Source of the DNA: Octopus bimaculoides
Lineage: Eukaryota
Assembly: GCF_001194135.2 (NCBI RefSeq)
Contig: NC_069001.1
Coordinates: forward strand, 24,611,977 to 24,675,009
DNA: 63,033 bases
Direction: 5' to 3'
Shown here: positions 12,564-25,512 of the stretch, piece by piece
How positions within the stretch are numbered: position 1 is the first letter of the stretch
Layout of the letters: every line of letters starts with the position of its first letter
Notes under the pieces: generated by a model
Databases searched by the model: none
What the model was told of the DNA's origin: nothing
Seen by the model: the letters and a program-made list of their open reading frames with translations, nothing else
Position numbers and translations under genes: made by a program

Positions 12564-12870
12564 ATTCTTCTTCGTTTCCTTCTTTATTTCTTTTTCTTTT
12601 CTTCATCGCCTNNNNNNNNNNNNNNNNNNNNNNNNNNNNNNNNNNNNNNNNNNNNNNNNNNNNNNNNNNNNNNNNNNNNNNNNNNNNNNNNNNNNNNNNN
12701 NNNNNNNNNNNNNNNNNNNNNNNNNNNNNNNNNNNNNNNNNNNNNNNNNNNNNNNNNNNNNNNNNNNNNNNNNNNNNNNNNNNNNNNNNNNNNNNNNNNN
12801 NNNNNNNNNNNNNNNNNNNNNNNNNNNNNNNNNNNNCGTCTTTGTTTCATTGTTTCTTCTTCTTCGTTGT

Positions 12871-12925
<55 letters not shown>

Positions 12926-13477
12926 CTTCTTCTTCTTCTTCTTCTTCTTCTTCTTCTTCTTCTCCTCCTCCTCCTTTTTCTTCTTCCCTTCTATGCTTTT
13001 TCTTCCCCAAAATTAAAAATCCTCCCTCATAAGTCTTGTTATTCCCTAAACGATGTTTCACAATTATTTCCTTAAATAAAGAAATACGTACATTAGTTCT
13101 CCTATAAATAATGTATTTCGCACATTATTTTTCTTTTTTCGGGTGCCCTTGCTTTTGTAGAGTTTATGCTGTTGTTGATGATGATGTTGTTGATGATGTT
13201 GCTAGTTTTGCTTCTATTTAGCCCTCGGTCAGCTGTAATTGAAGCAAACCTCTCAATAAAGCCATTACATTCATGTCGATTCCTTCTTTTCATTCAGTTA
13301 AATCGTATCCCGCATTAATTTGTAGACTATGCTGTCATCTAAATAACTGTAGTGTGAAGTCTGAGTGAGATTTAGCAGCTATTTCTACATGATAGGGATT
13401 AATTTGTACCAACGATTCAACATTCTAATAAAGAACAATCACTTTATAAACCCATATCAAGTAATACTCTACAATAT

Positions 13478-13985
13478 AGAAGGGTTCTCAACCAGTTTTT
13501 CATCTAAGGACCCCTTTGATAAATATTTTAATCTGGTGGGTCACCATAGCCATTCAGTGTTTAAAAACGTTTTTATAGAAACCTCTTTCAAAATCATTTA
13601 GAGGCTACAACAATGCAAGGAAGTGCACTATGACCAGCAGTGTATGAAACATTTGATATTCTAGCTCAGGTGTTCTCAACTATTTGTTATCTATGGAGTC
13701 CTTTATTACTATTTTATTCTGGTGGTCCCCACACAGCCATTCAATGTTTGAAAACTAGTTTTATAGAAGCTTCTTTCAAAATTCCTATTGTGTTTCTCAC
13801 ACATTAACTTGTGGTAGGTTGAACTATGTAAAATCTTAGAGAAAGAAACCTAGCTGTTTCTTGGAACACATCTACAGCAAAATGTTTCAGGGGTCCTTAA
13901 AATATTATATGCATTCCTAATTTACTATTTTGTTTGCATGGCCACCCCACAAAATCTTATATGGATCCCGGTTGAGAGCTAATGC
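13478..13985. mobile_element. hAT-like MITE relics (one partial copy plus one near-complete copy)
   Basis: Ends resemble cag(t/g)ggttctcaacc ... ggttgaga. The internal block agccattca(g/a)tgttt.aaaac...ttttatagaa.c.tctttcaaaat appears twice. Confidence 0.55.
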
Positions 13986-14179
13986 TTTACAGTATCTTTT
14001 AAACTCGGATGTTTACTGAAATCGGGAATCGTGGAAAGATGAGGGAACTAAAAGCACCGAAAGAGTTAAAAAAACAACAGTAAAATGGACACGCACACCA
14101 ACATCAATGCATTTTAACAGAGGAACAGGAAAACATTTTTCGATTAATATATATGGAACTGGAACACGAGTATAAAAAC

Positions 14180-14455
14180 TATTAGGAGTAGCTGTGTGGT
14201 AAGTAGCTTGCTTACTAACCACATGGTTCCGGGTTCAGTCCCACTGCGTGGCCCCTTGGGCAAGTGTCTTCTACTATGGCCTCGGGCCNNNNNNNNNNCG
14301 TCCCCGTAACTTAGTGGTTCGGGAAAAGAGACCGATAGAATAAGTACTAGGCTTACAAAGAATAAGTCCTGGGGTCGATTTGCTCGACTAAAGGTGGTGC
14401 TCCAGCATGGCCGCAGTCAAATGACTGAAACAAGTAAAAGAGTAAAAGAGTATGA
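14180..14455 (+). mobile_element. tRNA/CORE-type SINE, family C
   Basis: ggagtagctgtgtggtaag...gggttcagtcccactgcgtggccccttgggcaagtgtcttct (CORE-like ccttgggcaag). Tail ctccagcatggccgcagtcaaatgactgaaacaagtaaaagag. Confidence 0.85.
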
Positions 14456-15180
14456 AATAAATTTGAAACCTTTGAGATATGAATATACTGGAGAAATTGA
14501 TAATATGGAGGAGAGTAGTAAAAACTATTGATGATATACTAAAATTGGTATTTTCTCTTACACGCCATCAAAGAGACAGAGCAAAAATATTTTGTGTAAT
14601 CAATTTGAGGAAAATAAATGATTTAGAAAGTCGTTATATAGAAGGAAAAGCAAAATAAGAAGAGATGCAGAAGAAAACTAAGAATTTAGTGAATGGGATG
14701 AGTGAGAATTAGATTGATTTAAACTACAGTGACAGTATGAGAGCAACACGGAAAGCCGGTATGAGGATCTGTGGTTTTTGAATCTGCCGAGAGATGAAGA
14801 CTACGATGATGACAATGATGATGACGGTAATGATGATGGTGATGATGATGGTGATGGTGATGATGACGGCGATGACGTTGATAGTAACGATGATGACGAC
14901 GACAATGGTAATGATGGTGGTGGCGGTTGTGATGACGGAGACGATGATAATTATGCAGACGACGATGACGAAGACGATGGTTATTATGATGACAATGATG
15001 ACGACCACGACGAAGATGGTGAAGATGATGATGATGATAATGATGATGATGATAATGATGATAATGATGATGACCAAGACGTTCAATTTATCATGGCGAT
15101 GACTATGATGATGACGACGACGACGACGANNNNNNNNNNACGACGACGACGACGGTGATGATGATGATGATGATGGTGAA

Positions 15181-15214
<34 letters not shown>

Positions 15215-15559
15215 GTGTTGGTGGTGTTGGTGGTGGTGGTGGTGGTGAAGATGATAACTATGACAACGACGACACCTTGTGAAAGATGAGAACTGTATTA
15301 AATTGGATTGCTTAATTTATATCACTAACCAGCAGCACTTACCACACAGGAGGATAAAGCGATAATTACTCAAAGGCATAACTCTTTCAACGAGTCGTAA
15401 TTCTCATTGAACAACGAGGAACGCAGTCGTTGCTCTTCCATGCTTTCTCTTCTAATTTCTATACCTCAGGCTCCGCTCTAACTACTGCCTCTAGTTATTC
15501 TTCCTTAGACTATTCTGCCTCTGAATGTCTGTAACTGCCCATGCTTCTTTTCCATGCAG

Positions 15560-15685
15560 TCTTCGTTTTGCAACAAGACAAGAGAAATGTTAACTACATC
15601 ACTCTCACAAGCCGCAGCGAGCCTGCAAAATCCGTGTTTAAAACCTTTTCCTTCTGAACAAACCATTGAAAACAATACACGAAAA
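15560..15685 (+). CDS. Candidate internal coding exon (42 codons, phase 0/0), product unknown
   Basis: Acceptor cttcttttccatgcag|, donor AAA|gtaaga, open frame SSFCNKTREMLTTSLSQAAASLQNPCLKPFPSEQTIENNTRK. Confidence 0.25.
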
Positions 15686-16483
15686 GTAAGAACGAAAAAG
15701 ACACAAATACTCTTAAAGAGACAATTGCAGACCAAAAAATTATTTTAATAATTGTAATGCGTTTTTCATAATTTCAACTACACATGCACTTTTATATCAA
15801 ATTGGTGTTAATTAGTCAAGAGCGCTAACGTTTTACAAAGGAAATAGTACTAACGATGGAAAAGAAATAATTAAGCGCTGGCCGATATTAATTAATCAAT
15901 GTCTGATATGAATTATTTATTCTCTGGTAATTCTATTCATTAATTGTGTTTCCAATTATATACAGTATTAATTATCAAAACGTTATAGTTACATTTACAA
16001 CGTGGTCATTCATATTCTGTTTCAATCTGTCATTCTATCTTTTGCACGAAGAATAATGGAATGAGTATTCGATAAAGTAACTGGATAATGAATAATCTAT
16101 GTTGCAATTGATGCTGATGCTGCTATTCCTCCTCCTCTCCTCCTATTATTATTTTTGTTGTTGCTATTATTATTATTATTATTATTATATGTTTCACTTT
16201 TGCTTTGTATTTGTAAAATTTGACACCAAGTCTCACCTAGAGACCTCAAGAGACAACAAACTAGAATTGATGTTACGACTAGGGTACTGTATATTTGCTT
16301 TTGCACAAAGTATTGTTCTAGAGAATGTTTAAGAAAACATAAGAAAATTAAAAGTTTGCTTTAAAATTTAGAATTACAAAGGCATTTTACGTACGATACA
16401 GGCAGCCCCCATGAGCACTATCTTTTGAATTTCTGCCATTTTTGGATTTCCTAGTATCTGAGCTAGGTAGCAATCAGCCCCTT

Positions 16484-16518
<35 letters not shown>

Positions 16519-17161
16519 TATTATTATTATTATTNNNNNNNNNNNNNNNNNNNNNNNNNNNNNNNNNNNNNNNNNNNNNNNNNNNNNNNNNNNNNNNNNN
16601 NNNNNNNNNNNNNNNNNNNNNNNNNNNNNNNNNNNNNNNNNNNNNNNNNNNNNNNNNNNNNNNNNNNNNNNNNNNNNNNNNNNNNNNNNNNNNNNNNNNN
16701 NNNNNNNNNNNNNNNNNNNNNNNNNNNNNNNNNNNNNNNNNNNNNNNNNNNNNNNNNNNNNNNNNNNNNNNNNNNNNNNNNNNNNNNNNNNNNNNNNNNN
16801 NNNNNNNNNNNNNNNNNNNNNNNNNNNNNNNNNNNNNNNNNNNNNNNNNNNNNNNNNNNNNNNNNNNNNNNNNNNNNNNNNNNNNNNNNNNNNNNNNNNN
16901 NNNNNNNNNNNNNNNNNNNNNNNNNNNNNNNNNNNNNNNNNNNNNNNNNNNNNNNNNNNNNNNNNNNNNNNNNNNNNNNNNNNNNNNNNNNNNNNNNNNN
17001 NNNNNNNNNNNNNNTTATTGTTATCATTATTATTATTGTTCAGTAGTTTCATTTTTATAACGTGCTTTCACTTCACTACCGAGCACAGCTCCGTGTGCCT
17101 TGGGTATGTGCTGTGGTTTGCTGTGATGCTCTTATGGTTACTGTATTGAAAGTGTTTTGCG

Positions 17162-17206
<45 letters not shown>

Positions 17207-17258
17207 AATAATAATAATAATGATAATGTTAATTATAATAATAATAATAATAATAATA

Positions 17259-17830
17259 TTTTGCCGATTCTGTAACGATGAAATTGAAACTATAGACCAC
17301 CTAATCTCAGGGTGTAGAGTCTTAGCACCTGCAGACTATAAATCAAGACAGACAGAGTCGGCTAGTATTTACGCTGGACAATATGTCGGCATTATAAAAT
17401 CAAAACTGCTAACAAATGGTATAAACACCATCCTGAAGCTGTGACTGAGGGAGAAAATATATCGATTCTCTGGGACATCCTCGTACATACCGACAAAACT
17501 ATAAAAGCTAATGAACTGGATATTATTGTAAAAGATCAGACAAAAAAGATGTGTTTATTAATTGACATGAGTATTCCTTGCGCTCACAATATAGCGGCAA
17601 AAGAATTTGAGAAGATCAGTAAATATAAAGACTTGCTAATAGAAATTGAAAATATGTGGCACCTCAAGGTGACTACCGTGCCAGTGATTGTTGCGTCTCT
17701 AGGAATGATAAAAAAAAGGTACTGAAACCTATTTGAAAATGATACCAGGTTTACCATCCCTACAGGAAGTGCAAAAAATCGTGTTAACTGGAACGACTCA
17801 TGTACTGAGAAGAGCATTATCGCTGTGAAA
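17259..17830 (+). mobile_element. R4/Dong-clade fragment (CCHC knuckle + RLE), 5' truncated, abutting (TAA)n
   Basis: CRFCNDEIETIDHLISGC (CCHC), then WYKHHPEAVTEGENISILWD..HTDKTIKANELDIIVKD...LIDMSIP..EKISKYKDL...VPVIVASLG. Confidence 0.9.
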
Positions 17831-18279
17831 ACAACAGCCATTCATGAATTTATTTATTTATTAATTTTTTTTACATATTTTACCTGTGAATTTGCGTGTG
17901 TGAGCTGGGAATGCATACAATGAGCTTCTATGCCCGAGGTGTACGGAAAGCACTCGGCGAGAAATGGAAGAAAAGTTGAAGAAAGAAGACAAAAAAAAGA
18001 CATAATAATAAGGATTATGATGATGACGACGATGGCGACAAAATAATGCATTCATTAAAATTGAGAAAAATCCAAATGCAGAAGACAATATTTTGGAGGG
18101 TTACTTAAAGAAGCTCTTGTAAACAAGAAAAATACACAGAGTTGAGTACGCCATAATCCGAGAGACATCTTACTTCTCTCGCATGGAAGATATAAAGTTA
18201 CAGTGAAAAGCCTCAGTTGCTTGTAGATGTCCAAAGAATGGCGGAATCTTGGTTACCAAAAGGAATAATATATTGATTT

Positions 18280-19610
18280 CAAATTTTAGCACAAGGTCAA
18301 CAAGGTCGGGGATAAATCAATTACATCGACCCCAGTTACTTATTTAATCGACTCCGAAAGGATGAGAGACAAAGTTGACCTCGCCGGAATTTGAACTCAG
18401 AATGTAGACAGGTAGGGATTTTGCCTGACGTGCTAACGATTCTGCCAGGTTGCTGCCTTATCCAAAGGAATAATATATTCAAAACTAGCTGGTGGTGGTG
18501 AGAGACCAGACTATACCAAAATGTGATGTGGCTGAACCGTGATACCCAGAAGTTATTGGAAGAAGTACAATCCAATGAGATAACATTATCTGTGTCCATA
18601 TTCACAGTCATCACTGATATTGACGGAAAGACTACGTGATGATTTTCGAAACATTAGTTGGGTAAGATAAAAAGTTATTTATTTTGTACTAAATTCAGCC
18701 AAATTCTTGATTATGTTTTTAGTATTAATTTTATGTAATGCGGCGATCCTGCAGAATCGTTAGCATGTTGGGTGAAATGTTTAGTGGCCTTTCGCCTGCC
18801 TTTACGTTCTGAGTTACATTCTGCCGCGGCAGAATTTGTCTTTCGTTCTTCGGGGTCAATAAATTAAGCACTAGTTGATTACTGAGGTCGATATAATCGA
18901 CTTGGGCCCTCTCCCGAAATTGCTAGACTTGTACCAAAAATTTGAAATGTATATTAATTTTAACTAACGTCGTGAGCTGACAGAAAGTGTGTACGCCGGG
19001 CACAATGCTTAGCAGCATTTCGTTTGAATTTACATGTTCATATTCTGTATTTACGTTCTGTGTTCATATTCTGCCGAGGTCGACTGTGCGGTACATCATA
19101 TCGGAGCTGATAAAATAAGTACAGGTTGAGCACGAGGGTCGTTGTAATCGACTTGCACCGTCCTCCGAAATTATTAACCTTGTACCAACATCTGAAACTA
19201 ATGTTATTACCAGCATTAAGGTGGAGAGCTGGCAGAACCGTCAACACGCTGGATAAATTGCTTAGGGGCATTCCGGCTGTCTTTACATTCTCACTTCACA
19301 TTCCGACGAAGTCAACTTTGCCTTTCATCCTTCTGGAAGTCGATAAAATAAATATTAGTTCATCGACTTGCCCACTTCCCCGAAATTACTGGCCTTGTGC
19401 CAAAATTCAAAACCAATATCAACTTTGACTGAGTAGGTGAGTTGGCAGAATTGTTACCACACCGACCAAAATGCTAAGCGATATTTCTTCCGTTTTTCCG
19501 TTCTGACTACACATTCCACGGAGGTCGACGTAGACTTTAATCATTTAGGGAACGATAAAATAAGTATCAGTTAATCACTGGGGTCGAAATTACTGGCCTT
19601 TGAAACCAAT
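18280..19610. mobile_element. Cluster of five SINE family A copies (one minus, four plus)
   Basis: Copies at about 18280-18460 (-), 18745-18950, 18975-19195, 19220-19420 and 19435-19610 (+). Each has the gcagaa(t/c)cgt head and gtcga...aagtacc core. Confidence 0.8.
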
Positions 19611-19984
19611 ATTCTTTTAAAAATATAATAAGATATTTTTCATTATAATCAACACAATCTCCAGAATTAACTAATAACGTATTTTGGTTAAAGGTAAAAC
19701 AATCTTATTGTTTTAGCATTGTGATATCATATGGATGTATGTCTAGCATATTCCCTGTTGTGCAGTTGTTGCTTAAATAAGTAGACACGGTAACCGTGAC
19801 ATCCACATCTTTTACCACGCCCAGTTTTACTAGGACTACATTATCCACTGTGTTCTTCACTTTTTAAAAGTATAGGTAGTGGTGTAAGGAAAGACCTTGC
19901 TTCTATTACTAGAAGGCTACACTTCGACAAACTCCGAAGCCTGTCGAGTTCAAATTGCTTCACTTTCAAGAAATAGTAACCAAT

Positions 19985-20465
19985 ATCTACTATGTGCGTA
20001 TGTGGCTTCCCAACCACATGGTTCCGGGTTCAATTTCATTGCGTGGCACCAGGGGCAAGTGTCTTCTTGGCCGACAAAAGCCGTGTGAATGGATTTGGTA
20101 GACGGAGACTGAAAGATGCTGTAGTATATATATATATATATNNNNNNNNNNNNNNNNNNNNNNNNNNNNNNNNNNNNNNNNNNNNNNNNNNNNNNNNNNN
20201 NNNNNNNNNNNNNNNNNNNNNNNNNNNNGTGTGTGTGTGTGTATATGTATACATTTATGTGTTTGTGTTTGTCTCCCCATCGCTGACAACCGAATTTGGT
20301 GTGTTTTCGTAGCCATAAGTGAGCGGTTTCGCAAAAAAGACAGATAGAATAAATACTAGGCCTACAAAGAATAAGTCCTGGGGTTGATTTCTTCGACTAA
20401 AACGCTTTAAGGCGGTGCTCCAGCATGGCCGCAGTCAAATCACTGAAACAAATGAAAGAGCAAAA
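19985..20465 (+). mobile_element. SINE family C with internal (TA)n/(TG)n tract
   Basis: Head caaccacatggttccgggttca, internal microsatellite and gap, same tail as 14180-14455. Confidence 0.85.
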
Positions 20466-20504
20466 AGGGTTATGACGTTTAAGCCACAACTCCATATCAT
20501 ACTG

Positions 20505-20710
20505 GTTTGAAAATTTGCCACAAGGTCACCAATTTCGAAGAAAGGGGTAAATCCATTACATCGACTCCAGTGCTTGACTGGTACTTATTTTATCGACCTC
20601 GAGTGTATGAACGGCAAAGTCAACGGAATTAGAACTCTGAACGTCAGTCGGACTAAATGCCTCTTAGCATTTTGTCTGGTGTTCTTACAATTTAGCAAGC
20701 TCTCCGCTTT
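20505..20710 (-). mobile_element. SINE family A
   Basis: Reverse complement of the family A core (gtacttattttatcgacctcg...aaagtcaacgga). Confidence 0.7.
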
Positions 20711-21487
20711 ATATCCCATATTATGTTGATCTCTATAGCCACATGATTTCAGTTTAATATTAATTATACATTGGAAAATGCAGAACTCGATATACGATAT
20801 ATAACTGAAAACCAGACTGGGTGGTCATTATTGAAAATCTTTTAATAGCAGGGAAGGTCTGGTTAGTTATGATCAACCTGGGGCTAAAAAAATAAGAACG
20901 ATAGAGATTTCCTTATGTAGTTGAAAATTTGAAGTAGTAAATTGTTGTTAAATTTTTGGCAAGGGAGTATTATTGGCATAAACACAATTTTAATGCTAAA
21001 AACATTTATACGCAAAAAAAAAGGAAGGAAATATAGAAAAAAAAAAGGATAAAAAGTATGATAAAGAAATTTTAAAAAATTCACTTTGAATCAATTAGAA
21101 ATTTATAGATTTTGCTTATATTTGAGAGTGTTTGTTTGTCTGCTTGTTTGTTTAGCTATTTGTTTACACTGCTTATCAGTAGCACCAATTCCACTGGCAT
21201 TGGCAAATATTTTATATCTAAGTTCTCTTTCACATGGGAATGTTACATATAAATTGTTTTTTCGCAGCAATTCCTTGTATATGATAAACCATTTTTATTA
21301 TACGAGGCAAAAATAAAATAGATATGTAATAAAATAAAGGATGCTTTATCAAGTATTTTTGATGTCGTTATCGGTGTTGTTGTTATTGTTATTGTTGTTA
21401 TTAGGTGCAGAAAGGGCGCGGGCCAAGACGTACGTGCCCCTCTCCGCCATTGGTCAGTTGAAGCTTAAAAGGTCCTTGAATAATTAA

Positions 21488-21812
21488 AGGAGCACTCCGT
21501 CGGTTACGACGACGAAGGTCCAAGCTGATGCGATCAACGGAACAGCCTGCTCATGAAATTAACGTGCAAGTGGCTGAGCACTCCACAGACACGTGTACCC
21601 CTAACGTAGTTCTTAGGGAGCCTCAGCGTGACACATAGCGTGACAAGGCCGGCCCTTTGAAATACAGGTACTACTCATTTTTGCCAGCTGAGTGGACTGG
21701 AGCAACATGAAATAAAGTGTCTTGCTCAGGGACACAACGCGTCGCCGGGGATGGAACTCACGACTTTACGATCGTGAGCCGAATGCCCTAACCACTAAGC
21801 CACGCGCTTTCA
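21488..21812 (-). mobile_element. tRNA/CORE SINE (family D head) carrying the family B tail
   Basis: Head gtgaaagcgcgtggcttagtggttaggg, CORE-like ctgagcaagacacttt...ccagtccactcagctggcaaaaatgagt, then the same tail as 1670-2052. Confidence 0.85.
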
Positions 21813-21813
21813 C

Positions 21814-21906
<93 letters not shown>

Positions 21907-21916
21907 NNNNNNNNNN

Positions 21917-21960
<44 letters not shown>

Positions 21961-22924
21961 GTTATTATTATTACTGTTATTGTTATTATTATTATTATTG
22001 TGGTGGTGGTGGTGGTGATAATGATTACGACAATGAAAATGATGTTGATGATGATGATGATGATGACGACGACGATGATGAGGAAGAGATAGAGGAGGAT
22101 AGTGATGATGATGATTATATAATGGTGGTGAAGCGGAAGACGACGACGACGACGACGATGCATGGTGACGAAGTGGCCCCGAAGGGAATTCAATTCATTG
22201 GGTGATAACCGGTGACGAGAAAGAAGGTGCTTGGAGAACAGCAGCTAAGTCAGATTACTGGCTTTATGAATATTTCATTATTTAGCCCCAAATCAGGAGA
22301 GGATAACTTGTAGGAGCAGCACCGAAGAATGAAATTATGCTAATGTTGTTGTCACTCTTGTTGTTTAGCCGCAGGTCAACTCAATGAATTAAAGAAGCAA
22401 CGCCAAAGAAAAACATTGTCGTAATGTTGTATTTGTTCCTTCTGTTGTTTTTTGGGGCCTAAATGAACTCTGAACAAAGATGTAATTAATGTAACATCAT
22501 CTAATCAATTTTACCCTATTTTTTAATTAAAAAAAAAGATTCTGGATTAAGACAGATTTGGTTGTTATTCTAGCAAGATCAAGTAGTGATCCTATAGAGA
22601 TTCCATTGATAGCGCTCACGTTTATGTTTGGTGGATAAAGTGATTAAAATTTGGGCTTCAAAGAGAGGTGGTGCCTTTCTTTAGACGGTACACACATGCC
22701 AAATGCACTAAAACTTGCACAAAAGCAGGAAGATAATAATCAGCTTAATTATTCTTCGTTCATATCATTTTACGTTAATGTAGGTTCCACTTCCTTCATT
22801 GATCTAACGGCAATATAATCCATCAGATGTGTTATTTCACTCATCGGTGGGAAGCGATTGAGAAATGTAGCAATGTATGAGAGAAACACAAAGAGAGCGA
22901 AATTGGAAGATAATAAGAATGGTT

Positions 22925-23125
22925 TCAAATTTCAGCAGAAGGCCAGCAATTTTAGTGGGGGTAGTCGATTATCTTAACCACAGTGTTCAATTGTTACCTA
23001 TTTTATCAACCTTGAGAGAATGAAAGGCAGACTTGACCTCGGTGGTATTTGATCTCAGAACATAAAGAGCCGGAATAAATGCCACTAAACACTTTCTTCG
23101 ACGCACTGACGATTCTCCCTGCTTT
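22925..23125 (-). mobile_element. SINE family A
   Basis: Reverse-complement core aaaggcagacttgacctcggtggtatttgatctcagaac. Confidence 0.7.
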
Positions 23126-23147
23126 AAGAATCGTAATTAACGTCATT

Positions 23148-23400
23148 GTGGAGGTGCGTGGCTTAGTGGTTAGGGTGTCAGCACCATGATCCTAAGATTG
23201 TGGTTCAATTCCTGGACCGGTTGACGCGTTGTGTTCTTGAGCAAAACACTTCATTTCACATTGCTCCAGTCCACTCAGCTGGCAAAAATGAGTAACCCTG
23301 TGATGGACTGGCGTCCTGTCCAGCGGGGAACACATACGCCATTAAAACCGGGAAACCGGGTCCATGAGCTTGGCTAGGCTTTAAAAGGGTGCATTTATTC
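23148..23400 (+). mobile_element. tRNA/CORE SINE (family D head) with a different tail
   Basis: gtggaggtgcgtggcttagtggttaggg...ggttcaattcctgga...cttgagcaaaacacttc...ccagtccactcagctggcaaaaatgagt, then aaccctgtgatggactggcgtcctgtccag. Confidence 0.85.
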
Positions 23401-23544
23401 TATTAATTAACGTCATTACTGTTATCTCGGATTGTTAATTTATTTACCGATTTCTAAAAGAGAAAAAATGAAAGTGAGTGTAGTGGGATCGCAACGAGCT
23501 CAAAGCGCAAAGGGTCACAATAAATACTGCAAGGAAAAAGCCGT

Positions 23545-23745
23545 GAGCTGGTTGAATCGTTAGCACGCCGGACAAAAGGCCTAGCCGTTTTTCGTCCGTT
23601 ATTACATTATGAATTCAAATTTCACCGAGGTCGACTTTGCATTTCAGCAGTTTAGGAGTCGATAAAATAAGTACCAATTGATTAATTGGGGTCAATGTAG
23701 TCGACTTTCCTTTCCCCGGAATTGTGTCAAAATTTGAAACCAATA
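23545..23745 (+). mobile_element. SINE family A
   Basis: gaatcgttagcacgccggac...gaggtcgactttgca...aagtacc. Confidence 0.8.
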
Positions 23746-24029
23746 AATATGGCGAAGCATCTTATAAAAAAAAAACCTTAACGACTCTGCTAAATCCGTC
23801 ATCTAACAATCACGAGATTTATAGAAAGTGATACAAGACTAAATTCTCAGATTTAGAAATTTAATTATTTACTCATGAGTAATACTTTCAATCCCTCTTT
23901 TGGAATCATGTTTTATTGTGTTGTTTTGCTACTTCGGGCTGCGGTGGTGCTCGTCCTGTGGGCGTTGCTATTGCTGATGGTGCTAATGTTGTTTAGGCCC
24001 AGGTCAGCTCTGATACAGTAGATATATAT

Positions 24030-24245
24030 TCTTTTCTACTCTAGGTACAAGGCCCAAAATTTTGGGGGAAGGGACCAGTGGATTAGATCGATCCCAGTAC
24101 ACAACTGGTACTTAATTTAACGACCCCGAAAGGATGAAAGGCAAAGTCGACCTCGGCGGAATTTGAACTCAGAACGTAACGGCAGTCGAAATACTGCTAA
24201 GCGTTTCACCCGGCGTACTAACGTTTCTGCCAGCTCGCCGCCTTT
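24030..24245 (-). mobile_element. SINE family A, well-preserved copy
   Basis: Reverse complement runs from aaaggcggcgagctggcagaaacgttag to gccttgtacctagagtagaaaagaata. Confidence 0.9.
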
Positions 24246-25512
24246 CCAATCCCTTATATTAAAATGAGATGCATAATGCAAATTCTCCAAGAACTAGAAC
24301 ATATTAGAATGAATTGACGAAATGCCAGTTTCGAATCTCGGTAAGCTAATCTATTTATATAACTTACATCAAAGAGCAAACTTCCTGTTTGAAATAACAA
24401 TTACATTAATATCTTAATTTCTATTTTGTTTCCTAATGTGTCTAAACAGGATTTAAAGTTATCCGTTTCCAGAACCAGGGGAAGTTTAGTGCGACTTCTG
24501 AGGATATATCACAGCATATAAAATGAGAGGTGAACAGAAGATACTTTCGAACAAAAAGCTTGCACAATATTGGCATAAAAGTTTGTGATGCTTTGATATT
24601 TCTCAATGATGCGAAACATGAATATCAATGATAGCTATCTTGGGTTGCACTAATATATTTAGTTTCTGTGTAATATTCTATGCGTGTATTCATGTTTATA
24701 TGTTTATGTGTGTTCATTTCTCTGTGTCTATGTGTTTTTCGGTGTATGTACGAGTGTCTGTGTGGTATGTGCTTGTGTGTGTTTGTGTGTGTGTTTATGT
24801 GTGTGTTTGTGTGTGTGTTTATGTGCGCGTGTGTGTGTGAGAGAGTCTTTATGAGTCTGTATAGATTAGGATAATAAAGCATTGAATTATTTATCTTAGA
24901 GACGACTAGATGAAAGGTCAATGTCTTATAACATTCATGTAGCCTCGTCCGACTAGCTGTAAAAAATTGCCACCACTGTAATCCCCTTATGGTACTGGTT
25001 GATGTGTCTTTAATCGATCTGTTAAGCAGTTCTAGTGAAAGACCACAGCCTGGTTCTTGAGTGCTTTTAGTGAAGCGCAGTCTCATGCAAACATCCGTCT
25101 ATTAAAACATACTCCCCTAAAAACTTAAAGCTATATACAACCTGGAATAGACTCCACCTTGCATATTACCCTTATAATTATTTAAGCAATTCACTGTACC
25201 TAAACTCATGTAAGTAGACTGCAGGTTGCAAGCATAAAAAGCAGAAGACACAAAGAATATTCTGAAATAAATTGATGTTCCCAAAGTTGGTTCCCTGAAA
25301 AATTCCTGTAGTCTTGCGAGTTGACTTACATGTAACATAATTTGATACGAATTATTTAATAAAAAATATGGTATTCATCATTCTTAAAATAATACGACAT
25401 TATGTTTAAAATATACTGTAATTTTCTGGAAGCTTAATAATATATATAATTTTAAGAGGACCTTTCATTAATGCATGTGAAAAGTATGGTAAAATATGTA
25501 AGATGGTGCAAA

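Noticed and set aside
14778-15158. Asp-rich ORF resembling an acidic biomineralisation protein
   Set aside because: It is a degenerate (GAT)n tract. Similar tracts occur throughout the window in both orientations.
23148-23225. tRNA-like sequences with A/B boxes (also 21740-21812, 33300-33372)
   Set aside because: These are SINE heads continuing into CORE and tail modules. No complete cloverleaf was seen.
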